IMG/VR virus record: IMGVR_UViG_2904200584_000016
Coordinates: 6,688-70,687 of that record
Source of the DNA: a virus
Taxonomy: Duplodnaviria; Caudoviricetes
DNA: 64,000 bases
Reading direction: 5' to 3' (one strand)
Shown: positions 9,899-19,817 of the stretch, piece by piece
How the letters are laid out: each line of letters starts with the position of its first letter
Position numbering within the stretch: position 1 is the stretch's first letter
Position numbers and translations under genes: made by a program
Notes under the pieces: model-generated
What the model was told of the DNA's origin: nothing
The model's database searches: none
What the model saw: the letters and a program-made list of their open reading frames with translations, nothing else

Positions 9899-10210
9899 TT
9901 ACAGTAGTTTTTTTAATGTGTTTATTTGTTCTTGAACTATCGTTTTACTCTTAGTGTCTAACTCTCTATAATTGTCTAATAGATTGACTTCTTCTTCTTT
10001 TAGTTGTATATTCTCTTTTAAATCTGTTTTACACAATATATAATCTATACTTACATTGTATATATTAGACAACTCAACTAATTTATCTATATCTATTTTT
10101 CTATTACCATTTTCCCACCTTAAGACACTATTATAAGCTACATTTAGTTTATCAGCTATTTCTTGTATATTATAGCCTCTTTCTTTTCTAACTTCTTTTA
10201 GTCTATTCAT
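9899..10210 (-). CDS. XRE-family repressor
   Basis: RLKEVRKERG...WENGNRKID...NVSIDYILC; CCTTTTCGGT repeats in the adjacent divergent promoter. Confidence 0.9.
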   Translation of the reverse strand: MNRLKEVRKERGYNIQEIADKLNVAYNSVLRWENGNRKIDIDKLVELSNIYNVSIDYILCKTDLKENIQLKEEEVNLLDNYRELDTKSKTIVQEQINTLKKLL

Positions 10211-10781
10211 TTTCCCACCTTCTTTTTTACATTTATAATATCATATGAGATAACTTTAAACAACACCAAAAAGGTTAGTACTATAAAACATTCAAATCCT
10301 TTTCGGTATTATTTTTTATTTTTTATATTGACATACACCCTTTTCGGTTGTATAATTGAATCATAGCAAGGGAGAACAAGAAAACACTAAACCACCTCTC
10401 AAAGAAGTAACAGGCGAAGAACCTTCTTAAAACTCTAAAGCTAAAAATTAATTATACTAGTTGGTGAGGTGTTCCCAACATTAAGTAAGTAAATAAAATT
10501 AATAAAGGTTTCCAGTTTGAGCCTACAAAAATCTGAGGTATCAACAATAGTTGCTTCTAAAATGGCACTCAATACAACTTAATATGACATAGCAGTTGTG
10601 AGGTACTGCGTTATAAAAAGTACTAAAGATTGAGCATTAAAATTATAGTTTGTACTGCTTGACACCTACATGGTTATAAACTATCTAATATTTACTAATA
10701 TAATTTAAACTATTTATTAGATTATTTTAGTAAGTGTTAGAATACAACACTTAAATTATGATATAATAATAAAATAGGAGT

Positions 10782-11093
10782 GTGAACGGCATGGATGAAA
10801 AAATATTAGAGTTATTACAAAAAATGGATACTAGGTTTGACAGAATCGAAAATAGACTAGATAGTATGGATGGTCGTTTTGATGGGATTGAAAACCAACT
10901 TAGTGATTTAAAAGAAGGTCAAGAAGAAATTAAAAAGAAACTAGACTTAACTTATGATCAAGTTGCTAGAAATATGGAAGGTATAACAGAAGTTGGAGAA
11001 AAAATAGACACTTTAAAAAATGACATGAACTTTGTAGAAATGGCTACATCTAAAAATTGGAATGAAATAGCAAAGTTAAAATCAATTAAATAG
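10782..11093 (+). CDS. Coiled-coil heptad-repeat protein
   Basis: RFDRIENRLDSMDGRFDGIE repeats; paralogue of 11920-12261. Confidence 0.7.
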   Translation: MNGMDEKILELLQKMDTRFDRIENRLDSMDGRFDGIENQLSDLKEGQEEIKKKLDLTYDQVARNMEGITEVGEKIDTLKNDMNFVEMATSKNWNEIAKLKSIK

Positions 11094-11104
11094 GAGTAGA
11101 TAAA

Positions 11105-11338
11105 ATGGATGAGAAAACATTAGAATTGCTACGAGAAATACAGGAAAGTATTAAAGTTTTAAATGACAAGCTTGACGAATTTGATTATACACAGGATAAA
11201 ATAAAATCTAATGTTGAGGGACTTTTAGAATGTTTTAGTCGTATTGATTTTAGAATTGAAGACCTAGAAAATGGTCAAACTTCGTTGTATACTAAGCTTG
11301 ATATAGTGCAAAATGAAACAGCAAAATCAATTAAATAG
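11105..11338 (+). CDS. Coiled-coil protein, paralogue of 10782
   Basis: MDEKTLELL...KSIK start and end shared with the upstream gene. Confidence 0.65.
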   Translation: MDEKTLELLREIQESIKVLNDKLDEFDYTQDKIKSNVEGLLECFSRIDFRIEDLENGQTSLYTKLDIVQNETAKSIK

Positions 11339-11434
11339 CAGTACATAAAAAGACATCTTTAATTTAAGGTGTCTTTTATATAACTCTTTAGTATGGTATT
11401 ATTATAGAATAATGATATTCTTGGAGGGAACAAA

Positions 11435-11638
11435 ATGAACTTAGATAGATTAAAAGAATTAAGAGAAAGCAGAGGATACACGCAACAAATGTTAAGCACA
11501 TACATTAATATGTCGACTTCAACTTATAATGATAAGGAAAAGGGTAAAACATCATTTAAAATTGAAGAACTTGAAAAAATAGCTAAATTGCTTAAATTCA
11601 GTAAAGAAGAAATGTTTGAATTACTCGACTTAGACTAA
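11435..11638 (+). CDS. XRE/Cro-type HTH regulator
   Basis: RLKELRESRGYTQQ...YNDKEKGKTSFKIEEL. Confidence 0.9.
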   Translation: MNLDRLKELRESRGYTQQMLSTYINMSTSTYNDKEKGKTSFKIEELEKIAKLLKFSKEEMFELLDLD

Positions 11639-11919
11639 TCGAGTAAAATAAAAAATAAAAATCCGAAAAATACGTTGACAATATTCGTATAAGAATATAT
11701 AATTAAAGTATCAAAACAAATATAGAATCAAATCCAAATCCGAAAAACGCTTTTTAAAAATTCGGATACAATAGTACATTGAAAACTTAATATGACATAG
11801 CAGTTGTGAGGTACTGCATTATCAAAAACACATCAAGTATTTAGTAAAATAATTTATGGATTGTTTTATTAAGTACTTGAATATAGTACTTACATTCATG
11901 TTATAATAATAAAAGGAGT

Positions 11920-12261
11920 GTGGTTATTATGGAAAATAAGATACTAGAATTATTACAAAAAATGGATAGTAGTATTAATGAGATGCAAGGAGAAATAAAA
12001 GGAATTAATACTAGATTTGATGGTATCGACAAGCGATTTGATAGTATTGAAAATAGACTTGATGGTATCGACAAGCGATTTGATAGTATCGAAAATAGAC
12101 TTGATGTCATTGAAAAGAAACAAGATATTTTATATAATCAAGCTATTGCAACGGCTGAAAATATAACAGAAATAAGAGAAGATTTAGGAGATGTACAAGT
12201 CACAACGACATGTAATCTAAATGACTTAAAAGAGTTAAAAAAACTTAAATCAGTTAAATAG
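11920..12261 (+). CDS. Coiled-coil protein with 42-bp tandem repeat
   Basis: DGIDKRFDSIENRL repeated twice. Confidence 0.7.
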   Translation: MVIMENKILELLQKMDSSINEMQGEIKGINTRFDGIDKRFDSIENRLDGIDKRFDSIENRLDVIEKKQDILYNQAIATAENITEIREDLGDVQVTTTCNLNDLKELKKLKSVK

Positions 12262-12355
12262 TAGTACATAAAAAGACACTTGAACTATTGAGTGTCTTTT
12301 ATATAAACTCTTAATATGGTATTATTAAACAATAATATCATTGGAGGTATAACGA

Positions 12356-12544
12356 ATGTATGAGCAGAGAAAAGCAAAAGTAATATTCAATAAAGGAGCT
12401 GGTAATTCTAGGGGAGAATCATATACGAATAGGGTTACAATTCCAACTACATGGATAAAACATATGGACATAACTAAACTAGACAGAGAAGTTTTGTTGA
12501 CTTTTGATGGTAATAAAATAGTAATAGAAAAAATAGATGAGTAG
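12356..12544 (+). CDS. AbrB/MazE-like DNA-binding protein
   Basis: RVTIPTTWIKHMDI...VLLTFDGNKIVIEK swapped-hairpin pattern. Confidence 0.8.
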   Translation: MYEQRKAKVIFNKGAGNSRGESYTNRVTIPTTWIKHMDITKLDREVLLTFDGNKIVIEKIDE

Positions 12545-12668
12545 ATAAAAAATCTACTCAAAAAAAATACTTGACAACTCGTGACGAGTCAATTATAATT
12601 AAATCATAAAATAAAAATTTTTACAAAACGACTAGTAACGAGTCAGTAAAAAAGGGGGGGGCTATAAA

Positions 12669-12710
12669 ATGCTAAATATATACATAACTAATTTAGGGAA
12701 ATATAATTGA
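12669..12710 (+). pseudogene. ardA 5' stub 1 (MLNIYITNLGKYN*)
   Basis: Same 13 residues as the N-terminus of ardA at 13574, with its own RBS. Confidence 0.85.
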
Positions 12711-12777
12711 AATTCCTTTTATATAATTCTCTGATATGATATTATTATTCTATAATAATAATGTTGGAGGGGACAAA

Positions 12778-12969
12778 GTGAAATTATATCTATTAAGAGA
12801 AATAAGAGAAGAAAAAAAATATTCACAAGAAGATGTTGCAAGAGGTATAAACATTTCATTGCGTTCTTATGTAAGAAAAGAAAAAGGAGAACGTGAATTT
12901 TCAATATCTGAATTTGAACGATTAATAACTTTTTTAGACATTGATGCAAATACTTTATTAGAAAAATAA
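12778..12969 (+). CDS. XRE/Cro-type HTH regulator
   Basis: GTG start after GGAGG; IREEKKYSQEDVA...RKEKGEREFSISEF. Confidence 0.9.
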   Translation: MKLYLLREIREEKKYSQEDVARGINISLRSYVRKEKGEREFSISEFERLITFLDIDANTLLEK

Positions 12970-13109
12970 TAAAAATTTTTAAAAAAATGTATGACCAAAT
13001 AGACTTGACAACATGGACTTAATGAATTATAATTAAATTAAGAAAAGGGAAAGCTTTAAATTAATATACGACCAAATAGTCATAAGATAAATGAAAGGGG
13101 GATATAAAA

Positions 13110-13151
13110 ATGCTAAAAATATATATAGCTAACTTAGGAAAGTATAATTGA
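13110..13151 (+). pseudogene. ardA 5' stub 2 (MLKIYIANLGKYN*)
   Basis: Variant allele of the ardA N-terminus with the same breakpoint as stub 1. Confidence 0.85.
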
Positions 13152-13218
13152 AATTCCTTTTATATAGTTCTCTAATATGATATTATTATTCTATAATAAT
13201 ATTACTAGGAGGTATGAC

Positions 13219-13416
13219 ATGAATTTAGCTAGACTTAAAGAGTTAAGAGTAGAAAAGAAGTTTACACAACAACAATTAAGTACTGCTATAGGAATAACTT
13301 TTAAAACATATTCAAAAAAAGAAAATGGACATAGAGAGTTTACAATTAGTGAGTTTGAAAAGATTTGCTTTGTATTAGATATAGAACCATCTGAGTTATT
13401 AGAAATAGAAATGTAA
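13219..13416 (+). CDS. XRE/Cro-type HTH regulator
   Basis: RLKELRVEKKFTQQQL...KKENGHREFTISEF; AGGAGG RBS. Confidence 0.9.
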   Translation: MNLARLKELRVEKKFTQQQLSTAIGITFKTYSKKENGHREFTISEFEKICFVLDIEPSELLEIEM

Positions 13417-13573
13417 AAATTTTTTAATAAAATATCTGCAAAAACATATTGCATTATTGGCGAATGTATAATATAATAAAATCAAGAAAAGTACAAAAGG
13501 GAATAATAATAAAATATAACTCGCCATTTTTACCATATTAAATAAGCGAATAATTAAAAGGGAGGATATAAAA

Positions 13574-14287
13574 ATGCTAAATATATACATAACTAATTTA
13601 GGGAAATATAACGAAGGCGAACTAATAGGGGAATGGGCTAAACTTCCAATAGATAAGGAAGAATTACAAGAAATATTAAATAGAATAGGGATAAATGAAG
13701 AATATGAAGAGTATTTCATAACAGATTTTGAAACAGATATAGAAGGGTTAAAAATAAGTGAATATAGCAATATAGAGCAACTGAATGAATTAGCAAAGGA
13801 ACTTGAGGGGTTAGAAGAATATGAAGTTGAACAGCTAAAGGCTTTGCTTGAACATGGATACATTGATTTTTATGACATGCTTGAAGGGGATATTTGCAGA
13901 CTATCAGATAATTATACTTTTATACAACTTGATGACAGGTCATCATTGGATGATGAAAATTTAGGACGTAGTTATATAGAAGAAATATGTTATGGTGATT
14001 TATCTTGTATAGAAAATATTGATTACTACTTTGACATAGAAGCCTTTTCAAGAGATTTACGTTTTGATAAAGACATAATTATTGAAGATTTAGACGAAGA
14101 AAATATAGAATATTATGAAAATATGACAGATATTGAATTTGCAGAGAATTATATTGAACAATTAGGAGATATTGAAGAGTTAGGTCAAGAAACACTTGAA
14201 AAATACTTTGATTATGAGTTGTATGGAAGAGACTTGCGTTATGAGGGTATTTGCATAGCATCAAATTATTTAGCTATAGTTTTTTAA
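13574..14287 (+). CDS. ardA: ArdA antirestriction protein (DNA mimic)
   Basis: IYITNLGKYNEGELIGEW, EEYFITDFE, YFDYELYGRDL; very acidic; duplicated C-terminal module. Confidence 0.92.
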   Translation: MLNIYITNLGKYNEGELIGEWAKLPIDKEELQEILNRIGINEEYEEYFITDFETDIEGLKISEYSNIEQLNELAKELEGLEEYEVEQLKALLEHGYIDFYDMLEGDICRLSDNYTFIQLDDRSSLDDENLGRSYIEEICYGDLSCIENIDYYFDIEAFSRDLRFDKDIIIEDLDEENIEYYENMTDIEFAENYIEQLGDIEELGQETLEKYFDYELYGRDLRYEGICIASNYLAIVF

Positions 14288-14508
14288 ATTAAAAGTTTTA
14301 GGGCGTTCTTTAAAAACGCCACTTCCAATAAAAAAAATTGAAAGGGGAATAAATCATGAAAAAATTAATAATCAAGATAAAATCATTGTTTAAAAAGGAT
14401 TTAGATAGTAGCTATTGGAGTACTACAGAAAGTATTATTTTAAAATGTGGAAACAGCAATCAATTAGAATTATTGAAACAATCTAATAAATTATAAGGAG
14501 GTAATAAC

Positions 14509-14745
14509 ATGATAAATTATTCTGAATATATGACTGCAACAGATTTAATAAATATATGTGACCTTTTAGAAAGTAAAACAATAGGAGAGCCGGGGACTTA
14601 TAATTCTTTAAGTACTAGACTGAGCAATTTAATTGGGTTGGATTGGGCTCTAAAAGGAGAAGAACTGAGACAGCAATTAATACAAAATATTAATAATATG
14701 ATGTATTTAGATAATGAAAATAAAATTCAATATAAAGAATTTTAA
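14509..14745 (+). CDS. Hypothetical protein
   Basis: ORF with AGGAGG RBS. Confidence 0.65.
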   Translation: MINYSEYMTATDLINICDLLESKTIGEPGTYNSLSTRLSNLIGLDWALKGEELRQQLIQNINNMMYLDNENKIQYKEF

Positions 14746-14805
14746 ATAATTTAAGTAAATAAAATTCAACTTTTAAGTTGATATAAAACAATAGGAGGAT
14801 TAAAA

Positions 14806-15417
14806 ATGAAAAAAATATTATTATTTGAAGGTGCTGGAATGGATATTTATGAAGAGGGTTCAGATGTTGGAAATCATAGAATTAGAACCGCTTTTATAAA
14901 TGGTAATGGAGATAAAATATATTTAGAGCTAGAAGGAAATATACAGAATTGTAAAATTTCAAAAAGATTTGGGTGGTATACACATATTGACCATTGTTTT
15001 AACATTAGTATGTCGACTGATGAAAATGTTTCAAGCATAAAATTGAATAATACATTTTTCAATGGCTATTCAAAAAGTGACTTAACAAAATATATAAACA
15101 AAAATTTTAATTGTAAGTTTGACACTATAGAGGTTTTAGACTGGATGGAAGGCTACAGAGTGCATGGGAATAGAAATGAATACAATTTGATGGACGACCA
15201 TGAGTTGAACAGAAAAAGAACTATAGCAAGAAATAAAGCTTATGAAAAAATAGATAAAGAAATAAGAGAAAAATTAGGAGAAAAATATTCTAAAATAAGT
15301 CTTTACTCTATGGATGAGGACTCTATAACTATTAGATGTTATACATATGAAAAAGATTTATATAAAATAGGCATGAGTGAAGATAATAGATTATTAAAAA
15401 TACCAGTTAATTATTAG
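14806..15417 (+). CDS. Hypothetical protein (LFEGAG...RIRTAF N-terminus)
   Basis: ORF with AGGAGG RBS. Confidence 0.7.
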   Translation: MKKILLFEGAGMDIYEEGSDVGNHRIRTAFINGNGDKIYLELEGNIQNCKISKRFGWYTHIDHCFNISMSTDENVSSIKLNNTFFNGYSKSDLTKYINKNFNCKFDTIEVLDWMEGYRVHGNRNEYNLMDDHELNRKRTIARNKAYEKIDKEIREKLGEKYSKISLYSMDEDSITIRCYTYEKDLYKIGMSEDNRLLKIPVNY

Positions 15418-15497
15418 ATATAGTCAAATATTTAAAAACAATAGGTTAGACGTTAAAATAAATAAAATTAATTATTAATATAAATGGAGGAAGAAAA

Positions 15498-15799
15498 ATG
15501 GAAAGAACATATAGAACAAAAGAAGAAACAATTAAATATTTTAAAACAATCGCATCTAGTTACAAGAAAGATGCAGATATAAATAATAACAAAGTAGCAA
15601 AGGGGAATCCAAGGTGTTTGAGTTGGTAGCACTTGAGTTGGAAAGAACACATAAAACAAAAGAGGAAACAGTTAAACGCTTTAAACAATTAGCGTTTGAA
15701 TATGAAAGATATTCATATAGAAATGATGATAAAATAGCAAATGGAAAGGCAGAAGCTTATGAATTAGCAGCTTTTCAGATAGAAAGAAATATGAAATAA
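15498..15799 (+). pseudogene. Two-repeat small protein with frameshift near 15601-15608
   Basis: ERTYRTKEETIKYFK... in one frame and ERTHKTKEETVKRFK... in the next; one base missing at AAGGGGAATCC. Confidence 0.6.
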
Positions 15800-16061
15800 A
15801 TATTCAAATAAAATATTAATTTTAATATAACAGGGAGGTTTGATTACTATGATAATATCAGCATGGCAAAATAATAATTCTAAAAAAGTTTTAATAGAAG
15901 TAAAAAAAGATAAAAAAAATATAGATGTTTTAATAGCATATACTAATAAAATAAAAGGTAAAGATATGACGATGATACAATCTTGGATACTTGAAGAAGT
16001 AAATAATACAAAAAATAATGGTTATGGCATATATGAATTAATATAATTGGAGGGAAATAAA

Positions 16062-16598
16062 ATGAAAAAAATAGCAGATTTAAATAGAGAAGAGTTAAAA
16101 AGAGTTTATAAAACAAATAGTAAGTTAAGAGAATATATAAGAAAAGATTATGAAGAAAATCAAATGTACATAGTAAGTCAAACACTAGATTATTTTAGAA
16201 ACTCATTAGCAAATTATTCGATTGATCTTTACAATAATAATTATATAAATGTTCATGATAGAAACAAATTCCTTGAAGGAATTATAAAAGCGAATAGCGA
16301 CCATGCGTTGTCTTTTGATGATAGTACAATTCTTTATGAAACAATAAACATACATAATAAATTACAACACACAGATTATGACGAGGAAAATTATAAAACA
16401 TTAGAAGCTAAATTTAATTTAATGATTGAAGAACTAAAAGAAAGTGTTTTAAAAGAATTTAATAATATAACAATGATAGAAAGTGAAAGTTATTTGTTCG
16501 AAGCATTTACAATGATATATGTTGATGATGAGATTAATGACTATGATTTTTATATAGATGAAGATTATGTTTTATATAAAAGAGTGTCATATCTTTAA
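16062..16598 (+). CDS. Acidic hypothetical protein
   Basis: ORF; GGAGG RBS supports MKKIAD start. Confidence 0.65.
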   Translation: MKKIADLNREELKRVYKTNSKLREYIRKDYEENQMYIVSQTLDYFRNSLANYSIDLYNNNYINVHDRNKFLEGIIKANSDHALSFDDSTILYETINIHNKLQHTDYDEENYKTLEAKFNLMIEELKESVLKEFNNITMIESESYLFEAFTMIYVDDEINDYDFYIDEDYVLYKRVSYL

Positions 16599-16830
16599 TA
16601 TAAAATATGAAGTAATAAAGTATTAAAATTATATTTTTAATATGATATATGAGTTATCAAATCGCTATTGTTATAGCTATATTATTATAATTCAAATGAT
16701 AATGATAGTGATTTGATAAAAGGGTTTTAAAGATTATAAAAATCAAAAGGTATAAATACATTAAGATGATTTTCAAACAGCCTATAGAGGCTTGTACAGG
16801 GTCATAATCATAAACTAGGAGGGTGTAAAA

Positions 16831-17328
16831 ATGAAATTTAAAAATATAGTTATGGGAATAGTATTGGGTTTAATTCTTGTTGGAGTTGCAGGAGCAACAA
16901 AAGTTAAGGCTGCCGAATTAGATAATTTTTATGTAGAAACTACAGACAGAGTTATTGAAGTTTTAGAAGATGAAAGTATAGTTTTATATGATACTAAAGA
17001 GCAAGTTTATAATTTCTATCCAATTTGTATGGGTGATTGGAGCTATAGCTTTAAAAATAAAAAAGATTTAGATAGCGCAGTTGCAACTTACAAAGAGCTA
17101 TCAAACAATATAAGTCACTCAAAGGATGTATATGTGATTAATAAGTTGAATAACAATGGAAACATTAAAGTATTTTTAAGTGATGGAAGTTCAATTGTAT
17201 ATATAAAAAATGATAATAAATATTATTTTTATCCAGCCTGTATGGGTGATTGGTATTTAATATTAGATAATAAAATAAATTTAAAAAACTGTATAAACAC
17301 TTATTTTAATATGGGAGGTGCAATATGA
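16831..17328 (+). CDS. Secreted protein with internal duplication
   Basis: Signal peptide (…VKA-AE); YNFYPICMGDW / YYFYPACMGDW repeats. Confidence 0.7.
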   Translation: MKFKNIVMGIVLGLILVGVAGATKVKAAELDNFYVETTDRVIEVLEDESIVLYDTKEQVYNFYPICMGDWSYSFKNKKDLDSAVATYKELSNNISHSKDVYVINKLNNNGNIKVFLSDGSSIVYIKNDNKYYFYPACMGDWYLILDNKINLKNCINTYFNMGGAI

Positions 17329-17546
17329 TACGATATATAAAAGATATAAATAATATAAGTTTAGAAGATGCAAAAGAATTAAGTGAAAAGGGGGTTTATT
17401 TCATTATAAAAGATGGGAAAATAAAAGGTATTAAATTTGAAAATATAAAAAATATATGATGTTTATAAGATAAAATCTCAATTGGTACAGATATAGTTCA
17501 CTGAATATTGTTATAATTAACATATAAATTAAATGGAGGGGTAAAA

Positions 17547-18629
17547 ATGGAAACTTTATTGGAAAAAAATTTATTAAAAGAATATAAATTATGGCAAGGT
17601 GGAGAACATAGACGAATTTACATAAATAAAGTTCCTTCTAAAATTAATTTCAAAGAGTTTATTAAAAATAATGATTTTGGAATTGGACTAGGAGAGGGAC
17701 TAGGAATAACTAAGATAGCACAGCGTGTTGAAAATTCTGGTAATATTTCTGAATTAAAAATTTATTATGATTGTAACAATGAAAATTTTTACTTCATAAA
17801 ACAATACTCAGATGTGTTGAAAAAATTCATAGATTTACTTACTGATGAAATAATTGAAATATATTCAAAAGAAATTTATAGAGAAGATAATGTTAGTCAA
17901 GAAATAAAAGAAAATTCATTTAATGTATTAACGTTAAATGGTTCTGAAAAACAAGTTGAATTGGCTAATGAAATAAGAGATAATGTTTTAAATTTTGTTG
18001 ACGAACTAGAAAAGATTAAAATGAAAAAAATAGAAGACGGAGATTATAAAGTAAAAGACAAGAGCATAGAAGAAATGACAGAAAAATGTAAAAGAAAGTT
18101 TAAAAGAATAAAAGAAGAAATGAGAAGTATAGAAAGTGCTAAATTCTTTATAGATAATTTCAAAGATATTTTAGAACATAATTCTTTAGAGCAAAAAGCA
18201 TTTCATATAAATCAGATATTAAAAAATTCTCAATTTGCAGAAGAAAGTAAAATATGGAGCTTACTGGAATATGAAACACAAGTATCACACAAATTAAAAA
18301 AGGTTAAAGATTATAACATAAGTTATGAAGAAGCTAAGAAGATAGCTAGAGAAATAAAATTTAACAACACATGGGCTAGTGAGATAAAAGAAAATGTACT
18401 TAAAATAGTTGAAATATTCGATGAAATAATAAAACAAGTTCCTAATGCAAGTACGAAAAAAACAAAAGAACTTATTATAGAGACATTAATACAAGAAAAT
18501 CCAAGATATTTCATAAATGGATTTAAAGAAATTAAAGAATCTAAAGTTGAAAGTATTAGAAAAATAGAAGAAATATCAAGAAAAATAGAATTAATATGGC
18601 ATTTATTTTATAGAGGAGTAAATTGTTAA
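17547..18629 (+). CDS. Hypothetical multidomain protein with repeated GSEKQ..(W)A.EI module
   Basis: LNGSEKQVELANEIRDNV and NNTWASEIKENV repeats. Confidence 0.7.
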   Translation: METLLEKNLLKEYKLWQGGEHRRIYINKVPSKINFKEFIKNNDFGIGLGEGLGITKIAQRVENSGNISELKIYYDCNNENFYFIKQYSDVLKKFIDLLTDEIIEIYSKEIYREDNVSQEIKENSFNVLTLNGSEKQVELANEIRDNVLNFVDELEKIKMKKIEDGDYKVKDKSIEEMTEKCKRKFKRIKEEMRSIESAKFFIDNFKDILEHNSLEQKAFHINQILKNSQFAEESKIWSLLEYETQVSHKLKKVKDYNISYEEAKKIAREIKFNNTWASEIKENVLKIVEIFDEIIKQVPNASTKKTKELIIETLIQENPRYFINGFKEIKESKVESIRKIEEISRKIELIWHLFYRGVNC

Positions 18630-18705
18630 AAATTTTGGATTGGTACAAATATAGTTCACCAACAGATGTTATAATTAAAATAAAAAATAATTGGAGGTTT
18701 AAAAC

Positions 18706-19212
18706 ATGAATATAGATTTTAGTACAATATTAGATTTAAAAGTTAATAAAGAGAATGTTAAAATGATAGAAAAAGAGATTAATAAAATTAACAATGATAT
18801 ATTTGATATAAGTCTTAAAGATTGTGCGAACGGTCATATAGGATGCGTTAAAGAAACAGCTGGAAAGAGTTTAAAAATTGAAACATGGGGTCATGGTGAA
18901 ATTAACAGTAGTATAGGAATAAGATTGAGATTTAATTTTTATTATTCAAAGGATGACAAAGTAGACATAGAAAATATAGAAAACATTTTAATATATGTAA
19001 ATAGCTTATGTAGCAAAAATGTAGAAAGTGACCTTATAGCCAATACAAGACCTAAATTTTATAAATTAGAAGAGAAATATTCTACACGTATTGAAAAATG
19101 TGAAATTAGACACGAATTTATAGGCATAAACAAGCAAGAAATTAAAGAATTTTTAGAGTATCTTACAGAAATTGAAAAGAGCGAAAGAACTGTTGTATAT
19201 AAAAATAATTAA
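18706..19212 (+). CDS. Hypothetical protein
   Basis: ORF with RBS; upstream promoter block duplicated from 17481. Confidence 0.65.
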   Translation: MNIDFSTILDLKVNKENVKMIEKEINKINNDIFDISLKDCANGHIGCVKETAGKSLKIETWGHGEINSSIGIRLRFNFYYSKDDKVDIENIENILIYVNSLCSKNVESDLIANTRPKFYKLEEKYSTRIEKCEIRHEFIGINKQEIKEFLEYLTEIEKSERTVVYKNN

Positions 19213-19230
19213 AAAATGGAGATGACTAAA

Positions 19231-19537
19231 ATGGAAAATAAAATAATAGAATTTTTAGAAGAAATGGAAAGTTTAAAAAAGGGGGGGGGAATTTAATATA
19301 ATTGAATTTGATAATGAGGTACAAGAATTATATGCTAGAACAGTAGAAAGAACAAGTAGTTGGGACTTTTTTACAGCTGGAGATATAAACGAATATTTAA
19401 ATGTAGGAAGCTATACATATTGCGGATTAGGCGAAGATTATGACATAGACATAAATGTTGAATTTGAAGTAGTAGAAAAAAATGAGGAAGAGATTTGTAG
19501 CTCTATAATAAAGATTACAAATATAGAAAAATTATAA
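19231..19537 (+). pseudogene. Small acidic protein interrupted by a G9 tract
   Basis: MENKIIEFLEEMESLKKGG reaches a stop at 19294; the shifted frame continues 82 codons to TAA at 19535. Confidence 0.65.
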
Positions 19538-19817
19538 GGAGGAATAAAAATGGAAAAATATTTCAAAGAAGAATGGTCTTATATAGCTGATGCAGGATAG
19601 GAAATACAAGATATAGAAAGCACTATAATAACAATAGATGATTTTGAAGTAAGTATAAAAATGAGTGAAGATTTTAGACATAGATGTAATTGAATTTATT
19701 TTAAAAAATTATAAAATTGAATATAAAAATCATAAAGCTGTATTGTTATAATACAGTTTTTTAATACAAAAATACAGATATATCTTGAATAATATTTTAA
19801 AATAGGAGGAAATTAAA

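Noticed and set aside
12010-12110. 42-bp tandem repeat as a non-coding array
   Set aside because: In-frame heptad repeats of a coiled-coil protein
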